Below, piece after piece: positions 8,409 through 17,368 of a stretch of DNA of 21,156 nt; within the stretch, counting starts at the first letter, position 1; every line of letters begins with the position of its first letter. The DNA is taken from the NCBI GenBank assembly GCA_938091905.1, contig CALKOM010000032.1:1-21156 (forward strand), written 5' to 3'. The notes beneath the pieces are model-generated. The model did not search any database, was not told the origin of the DNA, and saw only the letters and a program-made list of their open reading frames with translations. The translations under genes were made by a program, and so were the position numbers. The DNA comes from an uncultured Verrucomicrobiales bacterium. Its GTDB lineage: Bacteria; Verrucomicrobiota; Verrucomicrobiia; Verrucomicrobiales; DEV007.

Positions 8409-10364
8409 ATGGACCAGAACAATTCAGGCAAATTACTATCGTGGGCAGGCGTTCTCGTCATCCTGTTCATTGTCATTCTCGTGAACTTCATCCTCGGCTT
8501 GGGGATCTTTCGCACACGGTTAGACTTCACAGAGGACAAACTCTACACCCTTTCCGAGGGAACAGAGAATATTCTCACGGATCTCGATACCAAAGTCAGC
8601 ATCCGCTACTACCGCACCGAGGACAACGACGCCATCCCAGAGCAAGTGCAGATTTACGTGCAACGCGTTGAGGATGTTCTCAATGAGTATCGCAAGCGAA
8701 GCAAAGGACAGGTTGAAGTAGAGCTACTGAATCCCGAGCCAGATTCCGACGAAGAAGTTGCGGCCTTACAGGACGGTATCAATCGCAATTCGATCAATAT
8801 GGTCGATTCTTTCTACAATGGTATCGTTGTGCAATGCTTGGATGAGAAAGTGGTCCTTCCCGCTCTAGCACCACAGCAAGAAACACTCCTGGAGTATGAA
8901 CTGTCTCGTGCCGTTGCTGAGGTCACCCGCAGTTCCAAACCCAAGATCGCCATCATGACCGATGAACCGATCAATGGCGGTCCTCCTGCAGGTGGCAATC
9001 CCATGAATCCCATGGGTGGTGGCGGCGGAACTCCAGCTTGGTTCTTCCCACAAATGCTTGAGCGCGACTACGAGATCGAGACGATCCCCGTTTCAACTGA
9101 AGACATTCCTGAGGATGTCGACCTTCTGTTGGTCATGCATCCGAAAGCCATTACTGAGCGCTCTGAGTATGGCATCGATCAGTTTGTTTTACGCGGTGGC
9201 AAGCTCATCGCCTTCCTCGATCCGAAGTTCAACTTTGGTCAGAGTGCTCAGCCCAACCCAATGATGGGAATGGGTGGCGCTATGGGTGGCTCCGAGCCTT
9301 CGACCTTCAACAAATTGCTTGGCAGTTGGGGACTCACCTTTACCGACTCCAAAGTGTTAGCGGACATCGCCTACAAGACGCGTCTGCAAAACAACCGCGG
9401 CGGCGTTATTGAAGAGCCTCGCGTCCTCTCGATGAATGCCGATGCCTTTAGCGATGATGTGCCTGCTACAGGTTCTCTACAAAATATGCTCATGTGGGAG
9501 GCCGGAGTCTTCAAAGGCACACCAGCCGATGGCCTTACCAAGGTTTCCCTCGTCAATAGCTCTAAGAAGAGCCAACTCGTGGCTCCCTCACAGATGTTTG
9601 ACGACAAGGACGCAGAGAAGATTATGGCAGCCTTTAGTGCAGAAGGTGAAACCTACGATCTCGCTGTCATGGTTAGCGGCAAATTCAAAACTGCCTTCCC
9701 AGACGGCGCTCCTGCCGCAACTCCGGCAGAAGGTGAGGAGGAGGAAGAAGACACGGAAGACGAGGAGCAAGAAGATAAAGCGCCACTCAAAGAAAGTGAG
9801 AGTGACAACACCGTCGTCCTCATTGGTGACGTCGATATGCTCCACGATCAGACCTATGTGCGCCAGATGCGGAACCCCTTCACTGGGCAACCCATGCAGC
9901 AGATCAGCAATACCAACCCGGTGCTAGTGCAGAACTTGCTCGAGCAAATGGCCGGCAACGAGAACCTCATCAAGATTCGTAGTCGGACTGCCGCGCAACG
10001 CTCTTTCACCAAGTTGCGTGAGATGGACGAGGAAAGTGATAAGAAATTCCGCGAAGCAGCCAAGAATGGCCAAGCTGAAGTTGATGCAGCTCAACAAAAG
10101 CTGACTGAACTTCTTCAAAGCAAAGGTGAGAATGTCAGTGTCCACAACCTGGACCCCGAAACACAAAAAGCCCTCGATGAAACACGCGAGACTTTCGCCG
10201 GCGCCAAGAAGAAACTCCGTAGGATCAACTTGGACCGCAGGAAGGACAAAGAGGCCCTTCTCAGCAGGGTAAAGAAAGCAAACATTCTTGTGATGCCAGT
10301 TTTGGTTATCTTGTTAGGAATCGGTCTGGCGTTTATCCGCAAATCACGGACGGCAGCCAAGTAA
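8409..10364 (+). CDS. GldG-family ABC auxiliary component (two TM anchors, large extracytoplasmic domain)
   Basis: N-terminal TM, RLDFTEDKLYTLSEGT, LEYELSRAV, DLLLVMHPK, IDQFVLRGGKLIAFLD, VLIGDVDML, NLIKIRSR, a coiled-coil region and a C-terminal TM. It lies directly after the GldA- and GldF-like genes. Confidence 0.88.
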   Translation: MDQNNSGKLLSWAGVLVILFIVILVNFILGLGIFRTRLDFTEDKLYTLSEGTENILTDLDTKVSIRYYRTEDNDAIPEQVQIYVQRVEDVLNEYRKRSKGQVEVELLNPEPDSDEEVAALQDGINRNSINMVDSFYNGIVVQCLDEKVVLPALAPQQETLLEYELSRAVAEVTRSSKPKIAIMTDEPINGGPPAGGNPMNPMGGGGGTPAWFFPQMLERDYEIETIPVSTEDIPEDVDLLLVMHPKAITERSEYGIDQFVLRGGKLIAFLDPKFNFGQSAQPNPMMGMGGAMGGSEPSTFNKLLGSWGLTFTDSKVLADIAYKTRLQNNRGGVIEEPRVLSMNADAFSDDVPATGSLQNMLMWEAGVFKGTPADGLTKVSLVNSSKKSQLVAPSQMFDDKDAEKIMAAFSAEGETYDLAVMVSGKFKTAFPDGAPAATPAEGEEEEEDTEDEEQEDKAPLKESESDNTVVLIGDVDMLHDQTYVRQMRNPFTGQPMQQISNTNPVLVQNLLEQMAGNENLIKIRSRTAAQRSFTKLREMDEESDKKFREAAKNGQAEVDAAQQKLTELLQSKGENVSVHNLDPETQKALDETRETFAGAKKKLRRINLDRRKDKEALLSRVKKANILVMPVLVILLGIGLAFIRKSRTAAK

Positions 10365-10401
10365 TCCCAGAAATAAAGATCAACTTCGTTAGACAAAGCC
10401 C

Positions 10402-12012
10402 ATGAAACCGAAACAGCTCCTTATCTTAGTAGCCGTCCTCGCCGTCCTCGGCCTGGTCGCTTTCATCGCAGGCCGCACGGGTGGCAGCGATAAGCCTGAT
10501 ACTGCGAAACTCCGCGGTCAAGACGTCCTAGAAGGCTGGGACATCAATGCCGTCGCTGGTATCGAAGTGAAGAGTGCTTCCGGCACTGTCAGCCTAAGCA
10601 AACCCGATAACATTTGGTTAGTAGAAGAGAGGAATAGCTTCCCCGCTGACCGCGCCAAGGTCGAGAACACGCTTCGCCGCATCTGGAAGACTCCAGTCAT
10701 GCAAGCTTTCGCTGCTGGGGCATCCCAGGATGAGCGTATGGAGCTACTTGCTCCAGATGCCGAGGGAGACGATGAGAAGAAAGCGACAAAACTTACGTTC
10801 AAAGGGAAAGACAACTCTGAAATCGGTCATGTTCTCATTGGCAAAAGCAAGACACCGTCGGCTGTCGCCGGAGCCACTGCTGGTGGAGCGAGTGGCGTCA
10901 AAGAAACTCGCTACCTACGCACGACCAAGGACGCCACACTCGTCTTAGAGGTTCCCAACGGCTTCAACGAGGAACTTTCTGGCTCTGGTTGGCCTTACGG
11001 CTATGGCGGCATCGAGGCAGATCCTGGCATTTGGTTGAACAAAGAAGACTTCATCAAAGTTCAAAAGATCGCCTCGATCGCTGTGAACTACAAAGAGGAA
11101 GGCAACGAGAGCTATTCTCTCTCACGCGAAGACGACACGGGCGATTTCACGATCGCTGGCGACATCCCTATCGGCAAAGAACTCGATGCCAGTAAGGTCA
11201 GCGGCCTAAAGACCATTCTCTCCAACGCAAGTTTTGAAGATCTTCTTACGGAAGAAGAGGCTACAAAGATCGATGAAGCTAAAGTTACTGAAGCGACACT
11301 CACCACCTTCGAGGGCTTTACTTACAAGATCCTGATCGGAGAGAAAGACGCCGATAAGAATCGGATCCCTGTTAAATTCGCGATTACCGGCGAACTTCCC
11401 ACAGAGCGAGTCGCCGAGGCAGGCAAGGAAGAGACCGAGGAAGACAAAGCCAAGGCAGACGCCGACTTCCAAACGAAGCTCAAAGAGAATCAGGACAAGC
11501 TGGCTCAAGAGAAAGCCCTCGAAAGCCACTGGTTCACCCTGAGCAGTTTCCGCGTCGACCCCCTTCTCAAGTCTCGTCCCGATCTGCTGAAAGATGAGGA
11601 GAAGGAGGAAGGCGAGGTTCCCTCGGCATTAGCCAAACCACCAGGTGACGCTCCTGCTGAGTTACCTCCTGGCCTCGATCTAAACAACGCTATTCGACCA
11701 ACGATCGAAGCCGTCTCTGAGCCTGTCGCCGTCCCACCTCTAACGAAGGGTGCCACAGCGACGACACCTCCTATCGAGATTCCTCGCCCTCCGAAGCCTC
11801 CTGTGAAAGAGGAAGTGAAGGAAGAAGCCGAAGCTGCTACAGAGGCGGTCGAGGATGAAGTCGAAGCGCCTGTCGAAAACGTCACAAAAGCGACGACGGC
11901 CGCCGGAGAGGCTGTGGCGGAAAAGGCTGCTACAACTGTCAAAGCCGCGGTCGAAAGTGCTACAGAAACGGCGACGGACGCCGATGGTGGCGAGGGTCAG
12001 GGCGGAGAGTAA
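10402..12012 (+). CDS. DUF4340-domain membrane-anchored protein with a long acidic low-complexity C-terminal tail
   Basis: N-terminal TM (QLLILVAVLAVLGLVAFIA), W..(F)PAD..KVE pattern, VLIGK, and TLTTFEGFTYKILIG. It holds the usual fourth position in GldA/F/G-like operons. Confidence 0.75.
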   Translation: MKPKQLLILVAVLAVLGLVAFIAGRTGGSDKPDTAKLRGQDVLEGWDINAVAGIEVKSASGTVSLSKPDNIWLVEERNSFPADRAKVENTLRRIWKTPVMQAFAAGASQDERMELLAPDAEGDDEKKATKLTFKGKDNSEIGHVLIGKSKTPSAVAGATAGGASGVKETRYLRTTKDATLVLEVPNGFNEELSGSGWPYGYGGIEADPGIWLNKEDFIKVQKIASIAVNYKEEGNESYSLSREDDTGDFTIAGDIPIGKELDASKVSGLKTILSNASFEDLLTEEEATKIDEAKVTEATLTTFEGFTYKILIGEKDADKNRIPVKFAITGELPTERVAEAGKEETEEDKAKADADFQTKLKENQDKLAQEKALESHWFTLSSFRVDPLLKSRPDLLKDEEKEEGEVPSALAKPPGDAPAELPPGLDLNNAIRPTIEAVSEPVAVPPLTKGATATTPPIEIPRPPKPPVKEEVKEEAEAATEAVEDEVEAPVENVTKATTAAGEAVAEKAATTVKAAVESATETATDADGGEGQGGE

Positions 12013-12025
12013 TAAGAAAACTCCG

Positions 12026-13852
12026 CTAGCGAATCGGCGTGATCCTAATCGCAACGCCACCTTGTCCGCTCATCCCTGCGCTGAGTGAATCATTCGAGGT
12101 GACCTCGCGTTTCTCGATACTTACTTTCGCAACCGTATCCATTTCGGGATCGTCGCGATAAATCTCTGCGGCGAACACTCCTGTAGACGGAAGAAAGTCC
12201 AACGAAACGTCTAACGTTCGTGCCTGGCCAGCATTGAGACAACCGACAAACCAGTCGTTACCATGCCGACGCGCGACAACGGCAAACTTTCCTATCTCAC
12301 CGCGCAACACCCGCGTTTCATTCCACGTCGTTGGAAGGTCCTTTATGAATCCTAATTCAGGGCCTCGCTCCATCCGCTGAGGGCGATCATACCAGAAGAC
12401 AAACTGCCAAGGACTGAAGAAGCAAACCATCTTCGCAAGTTGCGCTGCATGGGATGTCGTTTCGTCGACATAACGATTGTAGTAGCAGAACGTGTGGTCT
12501 GCGGGTGCGGCGATCATCCTGGTGAAGAGATTGGCCAGGGCCTGCACATTCGACGGTCGCGTTTCGTCTCCACCAATGCCTTCAGCTGTCATGAAGTTCG
12601 GATAGGTTCGTTGCCAACCGGTCATACGATACTCATCGTGGACATCGACCATCAGCTCATACTCCGCCGCTTTCACGATCGCTTCATGCATCCACCGCGT
12701 CCATTTCTGCGAGCCATGCTGGACAAAGCCAAACTTAAGGCCCGCAATGCCCCAGCTCTTGTAGAGCGGAAGCAACGCATCGAGGTCGCGTTCCAAGTGC
12801 CGCCGATTCACATAGAGAAGCACTCCGATGCCTCTCTCTTTCGCATGAGCGATCACCTTAGGAAGGTCTAGCCCACGCTTCGAAACCGTCGTCGCGTCAG
12901 AATCCTCGTCGCGCTCATTACCATACCAGCCCGCATCAAACTCGACGTACTGCAATCCGTAATCCACGGCGAAATCCACACACGCCATCCCACCTTCGGT
13001 CGACAATGAGACATCACGAATAACCTTCCCAGGTTTGATCCAGTCCGTCTTCTCCAGCTTACTAGGCTCATTCAGATTGAGAAGCAGGTGATTGTTCTCT
13101 AACAACTCCCCAGCCTGGCCGGCTATCATGATCACCCGCCATGGTGTCTTCAATGGCAGCTCAACCTCCACCGGACCGTGCAATTTCGAGACCAGCGCAT
13201 GCTGTGCATCCGCTAACGGGCCCAGCCGCATTCGCGAATAATCCACTAACGCAGCCTCTGCAATCGCGATGAGCGGACCACCGCCCGCCTCCAAAACGCA
13301 CGGACGTTCTACCGTCGAGGGCATCGCGCTCATCTTGACCTTGCTGTACTTTCCTTGGGCAGAAGTCACCGCCCACACGTCATGGTCAGCCACCATGCGA
13401 AACTCGGTCTGCTCACGCTCTATCTTTAACCGAGTCCTCGATCCTACTGAATCAAGCACATAGCGAAACGCCACGCCTTCATTGTAGGCCCGCATTTCAA
13501 CAGCCAATTCGCCCGCACCGACTCGTTTCCCAAATCTAACGGTCACACCGTGATAAGTATCCAAAATTCTCTCACGCTCTCCCCAAACGGGCTTCCACGA
13601 ACCAATCGTCTGAGTGATCGACCGTTCGACCTCAGCATCAAAGCCTGCCGACCAATCCTCACCATCAGCTAGCATAAACCCCATTCCGCTCGGAACAATG
13701 ACTGGTTTCCCCTTCCAGTCTACATGATAGACAAGGGCCCCAGCGTCATTGACGGACACATCCAGACGAAGATCGCCATTGGGCGACACCACTTCCACCG
13801 CAGGACAACTCCCCACGAAAAAGCCCAAGCAACAAAACAATCGACCAATCAT
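12026..13852 (-). CDS. Glycoside hydrolase family 97 protein (putative alpha-glycosidase), secreted
   Basis: Signal peptide followed by VVSPNG, RAYNEGVAFRY, TPWRVIMI, WIKPGK, FDAGWY, RTYPN..EG, LPTTWNET, ARRHGNDWFVG and a GGVAIRI C-terminus. Confidence 0.9.
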   Translation of the reverse strand: MIGRLFCCLGFFVGSCPAVEVVSPNGDLRLDVSVNDAGALVYHVDWKGKPVIVPSGMGFMLADGEDWSAGFDAEVERSITQTIGSWKPVWGERERILDTYHGVTVRFGKRVGAGELAVEMRAYNEGVAFRYVLDSVGSRTRLKIEREQTEFRMVADHDVWAVTSAQGKYSKVKMSAMPSTVERPCVLEAGGGPLIAIAEAALVDYSRMRLGPLADAQHALVSKLHGPVEVELPLKTPWRVIMIAGQAGELLENNHLLLNLNEPSKLEKTDWIKPGKVIRDVSLSTEGGMACVDFAVDYGLQYVEFDAGWYGNERDEDSDATTVSKRGLDLPKVIAHAKERGIGVLLYVNRRHLERDLDALLPLYKSWGIAGLKFGFVQHGSQKWTRWMHEAIVKAAEYELMVDVHDEYRMTGWQRTYPNFMTAEGIGGDETRPSNVQALANLFTRMIAAPADHTFCYYNRYVDETTSHAAQLAKMVCFFSPWQFVFWYDRPQRMERGPELGFIKDLPTTWNETRVLRGEIGKFAVVARRHGNDWFVGCLNAGQARTLDVSLDFLPSTGVFAAEIYRDDPEMDTVAKVSIEKREVTSNDSLSAGMSGQGGVAIRITPIR

Positions 13853-13861
13853 GGCCAGCGG

Positions 13862-15394
13862 CTAGATCTCCACTGGTTTGTAACCGCCACGGGAACGGAA
13901 ATAGAAGAACAAGATCAGAAAGACGAGAAGCATGAAGCCAGGCAACACAGCAATCTTGGCAAAACTGCCTTTCTTCTTACCATCTTGAATGCTCTTCAAG
14001 GTCGCCGCCTCGGCCTCACTCAGCGTTTCAATCGCCGCCCCATCAAGACTAGGGATATCGCCGAAGATCGACGGTCTGGCAGGGGCAGATACTTGCTGAT
14101 GAATGGCCGGCATATCAGCAGCTAGCTGCTTGTCCACTTCCCGATCCTGGAGAACCCCCATAAACGGTGTTCCAATGATACCCATACCAAGGACGCCAAC
14201 CGCAGACACGCCATTCAACGTAAGCGCGCCTCCCTTAGGGAACTGCTCCGACACCAATCCCAGTGTAGTTGACCAGAGAAAGGTTTTCCCCAAGGCGTAG
14301 ACTGTCGCAGCCACCACTATGAGACCAATCGAAGCTTTCGAAAGAAAGATCAGCCCGACGATGGCAACGGCGGCAGAGGCAACCAGCAACCCGATCGGAG
14401 AGAAGCGATGAACAATCGGGCCTGCATAAAACCTCAGAATAGTCATCAGCGTAGACACGTAGATGAAGACCCAGCCAGCCCCAGAAGCCGAAAGGCCAAC
14501 GCCCTGAAGAAGATCAGGCATCCAAGAATCTGTGCCCAACTCGGTCGTGGCAAGCGGCCCCATGATAAGAAGGATCATCAAGAACATCCAATGGCCTGGT
14601 GAACCTGTGTAGACCCATCCAGCAATACCAAACACCAATCCAGCAACGACTCCATAAACAATTGTCTTGCTAGGGTGAATATCAAGATTCATCGACGCCA
14701 CCACGAGCTGGATCACGCCCATGACGAGAAGACTACCAATGATAAAAAAGCCGATCCCACCAACTTGCCGGAGCATTTCTCGGTAAGTCACTCCAGCCGC
14801 CACCCGCTCTTGAACGGGAAACCTCCGAGGAATAATCAGAACCGCATAAATGGCCACCGGGATGAAGCACATCCCGTACTTGAGCTGCCAAGAAGCACCT
14901 CCCAAGACGATGGTGAATAGCGCCCCTAACGCCATGCCAGCGGGCCAGCCTGCGTGCAGGATATTCAACCACTTCGACTTCTCCGTTTTGAAGGCAGTCG
15001 CCACGACCGGGTTGATAAAAGCTTCCACAATCCCATTGGCAATGGCCACCAGGAACGTCGCCCAGAACAAGGTCACATAACCCGTGGCGAACATCGTGAG
15101 CAAGAGCGACCCGACATGGCAGACAATCGCGATAATCGCAGCGACTTTGTAGCCAATCTTATCGATGATGAGACTAAAGATAATGATAGAGATCGCAAAC
15201 GGCCACAAGCCCACACCCAAGATCGTCCCTTTCTGAGTCTCGCTCAGCTCAAAGATGGTCGCCAATTCGCCAATCACATTGGCTCGGACGCCAAAGACAA
15301 AAGAAGTCGCCACGAGAGCGACAAAGCAGGCCCAGAAGAGCTTCATATCGCCAGCAGAAGGTGGCGCCGTTTCACGAGGAGAGGAATCAGTCAT
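13862..15394 (-). CDS. MFS transporter (putative sugar permease), paralog B
   Basis: About 12 TM segments; IIDKIGYK loop, EAFINPVVAT, LNILHAGWPAG, TELGTDSW and LGKTFLW. It ends 9 bp before the GH97 start. Confidence 0.88.
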   Translation of the reverse strand: MTDSSPRETAPPSAGDMKLFWACFVALVATSFVFGVRANVIGELATIFELSETQKGTILGVGLWPFAISIIIFSLIIDKIGYKVAAIIAIVCHVGSLLLTMFATGYVTLFWATFLVAIANGIVEAFINPVVATAFKTEKSKWLNILHAGWPAGMALGALFTIVLGGASWQLKYGMCFIPVAIYAVLIIPRRFPVQERVAAGVTYREMLRQVGGIGFFIIGSLLVMGVIQLVVASMNLDIHPSKTIVYGVVAGLVFGIAGWVYTGSPGHWMFLMILLIMGPLATTELGTDSWMPDLLQGVGLSASGAGWVFIYVSTLMTILRFYAGPIVHRFSPIGLLVASAAVAIVGLIFLSKASIGLIVVAATVYALGKTFLWSTTLGLVSEQFPKGGALTLNGVSAVGVLGMGIIGTPFMGVLQDREVDKQLAADMPAIHQQVSAPARPSIFGDIPSLDGAAIETLSEAEAATLKSIQDGKKKGSFAKIAVLPGFMLLVFLILFFYFRSRGGYKPVEI

Positions 15395-15457
15395 ATCGGG
15401 GTATCGTTAGAGCAACGTTATACCCACAACTTCAAGAAGAAGGCAATACTCGAATCT

Positions 15458-15492
15458 GAAAACGCAACGAGGCTACCCGAAGGTAGCCTCGT
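15458..15492 (-). terminator. Strong hairpin with a C(UUCG)G tetraloop between the two MFS genes; terminator or mRNA stabiliser
   Basis: The minus strand reads ACGAGGCTACC-TTCG-GGTAGCCTCGT, an 11-bp perfect stem (15467-15492), followed by TGCGTTTTC. Confidence 0.7.
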
Positions 15493-15525
15493 CTTGAAAC
15501 AAATACTAACTGAAATACAGTCTCT

Positions 15526-17160
15526 CTAGGAAACGTTGTATTCCTCCTCTTCAGTGCCGTCGATCTTCACGGCTTTGTAGCCGCCGATGGCCTTGAAGTA
15601 GATTAGCAGAAGGATGTAGATAATCGCCATGATGGCAGGAATATAAGCATCCGCCTTCAGAGTCTCACGGTCACCGGTGATGCTCGCCTGGTTGACAGTA
15701 GACTCATCAGCAGTCAGTTCAGTGCCCGCAGCAAGCTTCGCCTGAATGTCACCAAGCTTCGCTCCATCGATTCCGTTCACCTCGTTCAGCGTGAGAAACT
15801 TACTTCCAGCTTCAGCCCTATACTCGGTGTAAAGAGCGGCATTCTGGCTCTCAAGCGCTTCACCAGCGAAGCGGTCTTTGGCGTATCCAAGACCGGGCCC
15901 ACCAAGGACACCTGCAGACATCATTCCGATACCGCCCATGATGCTCATGGCCACGGCGCCCGACTGAGGGAACCGGTCACCCACGACAGCCAACATCGTT
16001 GGCCAGAAGAAGGTCTTTCCAAGAGCGTAGACACCAAGGGCAACCATAGCCCCCATGAAGGTGGTGATGTTACTCACCATGTGCAATCCGAGGAACGCGA
16101 GGACCGAACAAACTAGCAAGATACCAATAGGCGACAGCTTCATCTTCTTCTCGATGAAGTCCGCGCAGAAGCGCAAGGCAAACATCAACATCGACGTGAA
16201 GACAAAGAGGATCTTTCCTTGCTCAGGTGTGAGGATGTTTCCGGTGATATTCTGAATCCAGGAGTCTGTTCCAAGCTCCACCGCACCAACCAAGGCGTGG
16301 GTGATGAACAATACAAAGATCAGCCAGTGGCCAAACGATCCCTTAGTGATAACACCGATAGTCGCCCAGAGGCCTCCACCAATGATGAGTGCAACCCAAA
16401 GGAAACTATTCGAGACGAAGAAATCCGACCCTGTTAGTAAGGTTAGGTTAGGAGCAAGTGCATCCTTGATGAAGAGAACGATTAGCAAACACCCAACAGC
16501 GCCACCTAAGAGGCCAATGTCCTTAAACATGGAACCCATGCTGAGACCCTTCTCAGAAGCCTCTGACTTAGGCATCTTCTGCCCGAGGAACATGATGCCA
16601 TAAATGATGGTAGGCACGATGAAGAGACCGAGCTGAATCTTCCAGCTCACGTTACCCATGGTCCAACCGATGATCCCACCGATGACCAAACCAGCTGGCC
16701 AACTCGCGTGGAGAATGTTGAGATAGTGCGTACGATTCTTAGGGAAGAGCGTAGCCACGAGCGGGTTGGCAACTGCCTCAAGCGTTCCATTCGCGACAGC
16801 AAAGATAAACGTACCCCAATACAAATACTGGAAAGCAGCTGCCGACGCCGTGACATCCCCGGAGGCCCCGAAAGTAACGAAGGCGGACACGATGTGAAAG
16901 AGAAATGCGGCCAATACAAGTTTCCCGTAGCCGACTTTGTCCACAATGATGCCCCCAATAAAGATACCGAAACAGAATCCCTGGAGACCTGCTCCTGCGA
17001 TCTGGCCAAGCTGGCCACCGGTGAACCCGAATTGAGAGCCCCAGTTGGCCATGATGCCACCACGGACTCCGAAACCGATGCCTGCTGCGAGAATTGCCAT
17101 GAACCCTGCCCAGAGAAGCCTTCCGGCGTTGGGAGCGAGTCCGTCTTCTTTGATATTCAT
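15526..17160 (-). CDS. MFS transporter (putative sugar permease), paralog A
   Basis: About 12 TM segments; [45 protein letters not shown] and GGYKAV. Confidence 0.88.
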   Translation of the reverse strand: MNIKEDGLAPNAGRLLWAGFMAILAAGIGFGVRGGIMANWGSQFGFTGGQLGQIAGAGLQGFCFGIFIGGIIVDKVGYGKLVLAAFLFHIVSAFVTFGASGDVTASAAAFQYLYWGTFIFAVANGTLEAVANPLVATLFPKNRTHYLNILHASWPAGLVIGGIIGWTMGNVSWKIQLGLFIVPTIIYGIMFLGQKMPKSEASEKGLSMGSMFKDIGLLGGAVGCLLIVLFIKDALAPNLTLLTGSDFFVSNSFLWVALIIGGGLWATIGVITKGSFGHWLIFVLFITHALVGAVELGTDSWIQNITGNILTPEQGKILFVFTSMLMFALRFCADFIEKKMKLSPIGILLVCSVLAFLGLHMVSNITTFMGAMVALGVYALGKTFFWPTMLAVVGDRFPQSGAVAMSIMGGIGMMSAGVLGGPGLGYAKDRFAGEALESQNAALYTEYRAEAGSKFLTLNEVNGIDGAKLGDIQAKLAAGTELTADESTVNQASITGDRETLKADAYIPAIMAIIYILLLIYFKAIGGYKAVKIDGTEEEEYNVS

Positions 17161-17368
17161 AATTGGATGATTTTTAGTAAGTTAGGGAGCCGACCCCTAT
17201 TTATGGGCGACCAATCGTGCGATCCTTCATAAAAAGGTGACCAAGCCTTGGCAAACAAATAATCCAGGGCCTGCCAATCAACTCTCATCCTCGGGAAAAC
17301 TACAAGCCTTACAACAAGAACGTGAAGCTCCTCGACATCCACTGAGCTGATCGATAAGGCATCTTGCC

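Noticed and set aside
10432..10449. Tandem 9-mer GCCGTCCTC x2
   Set aside because: It only encodes AVLAVL in a TM helix, and two copies are too few to be meaningful.
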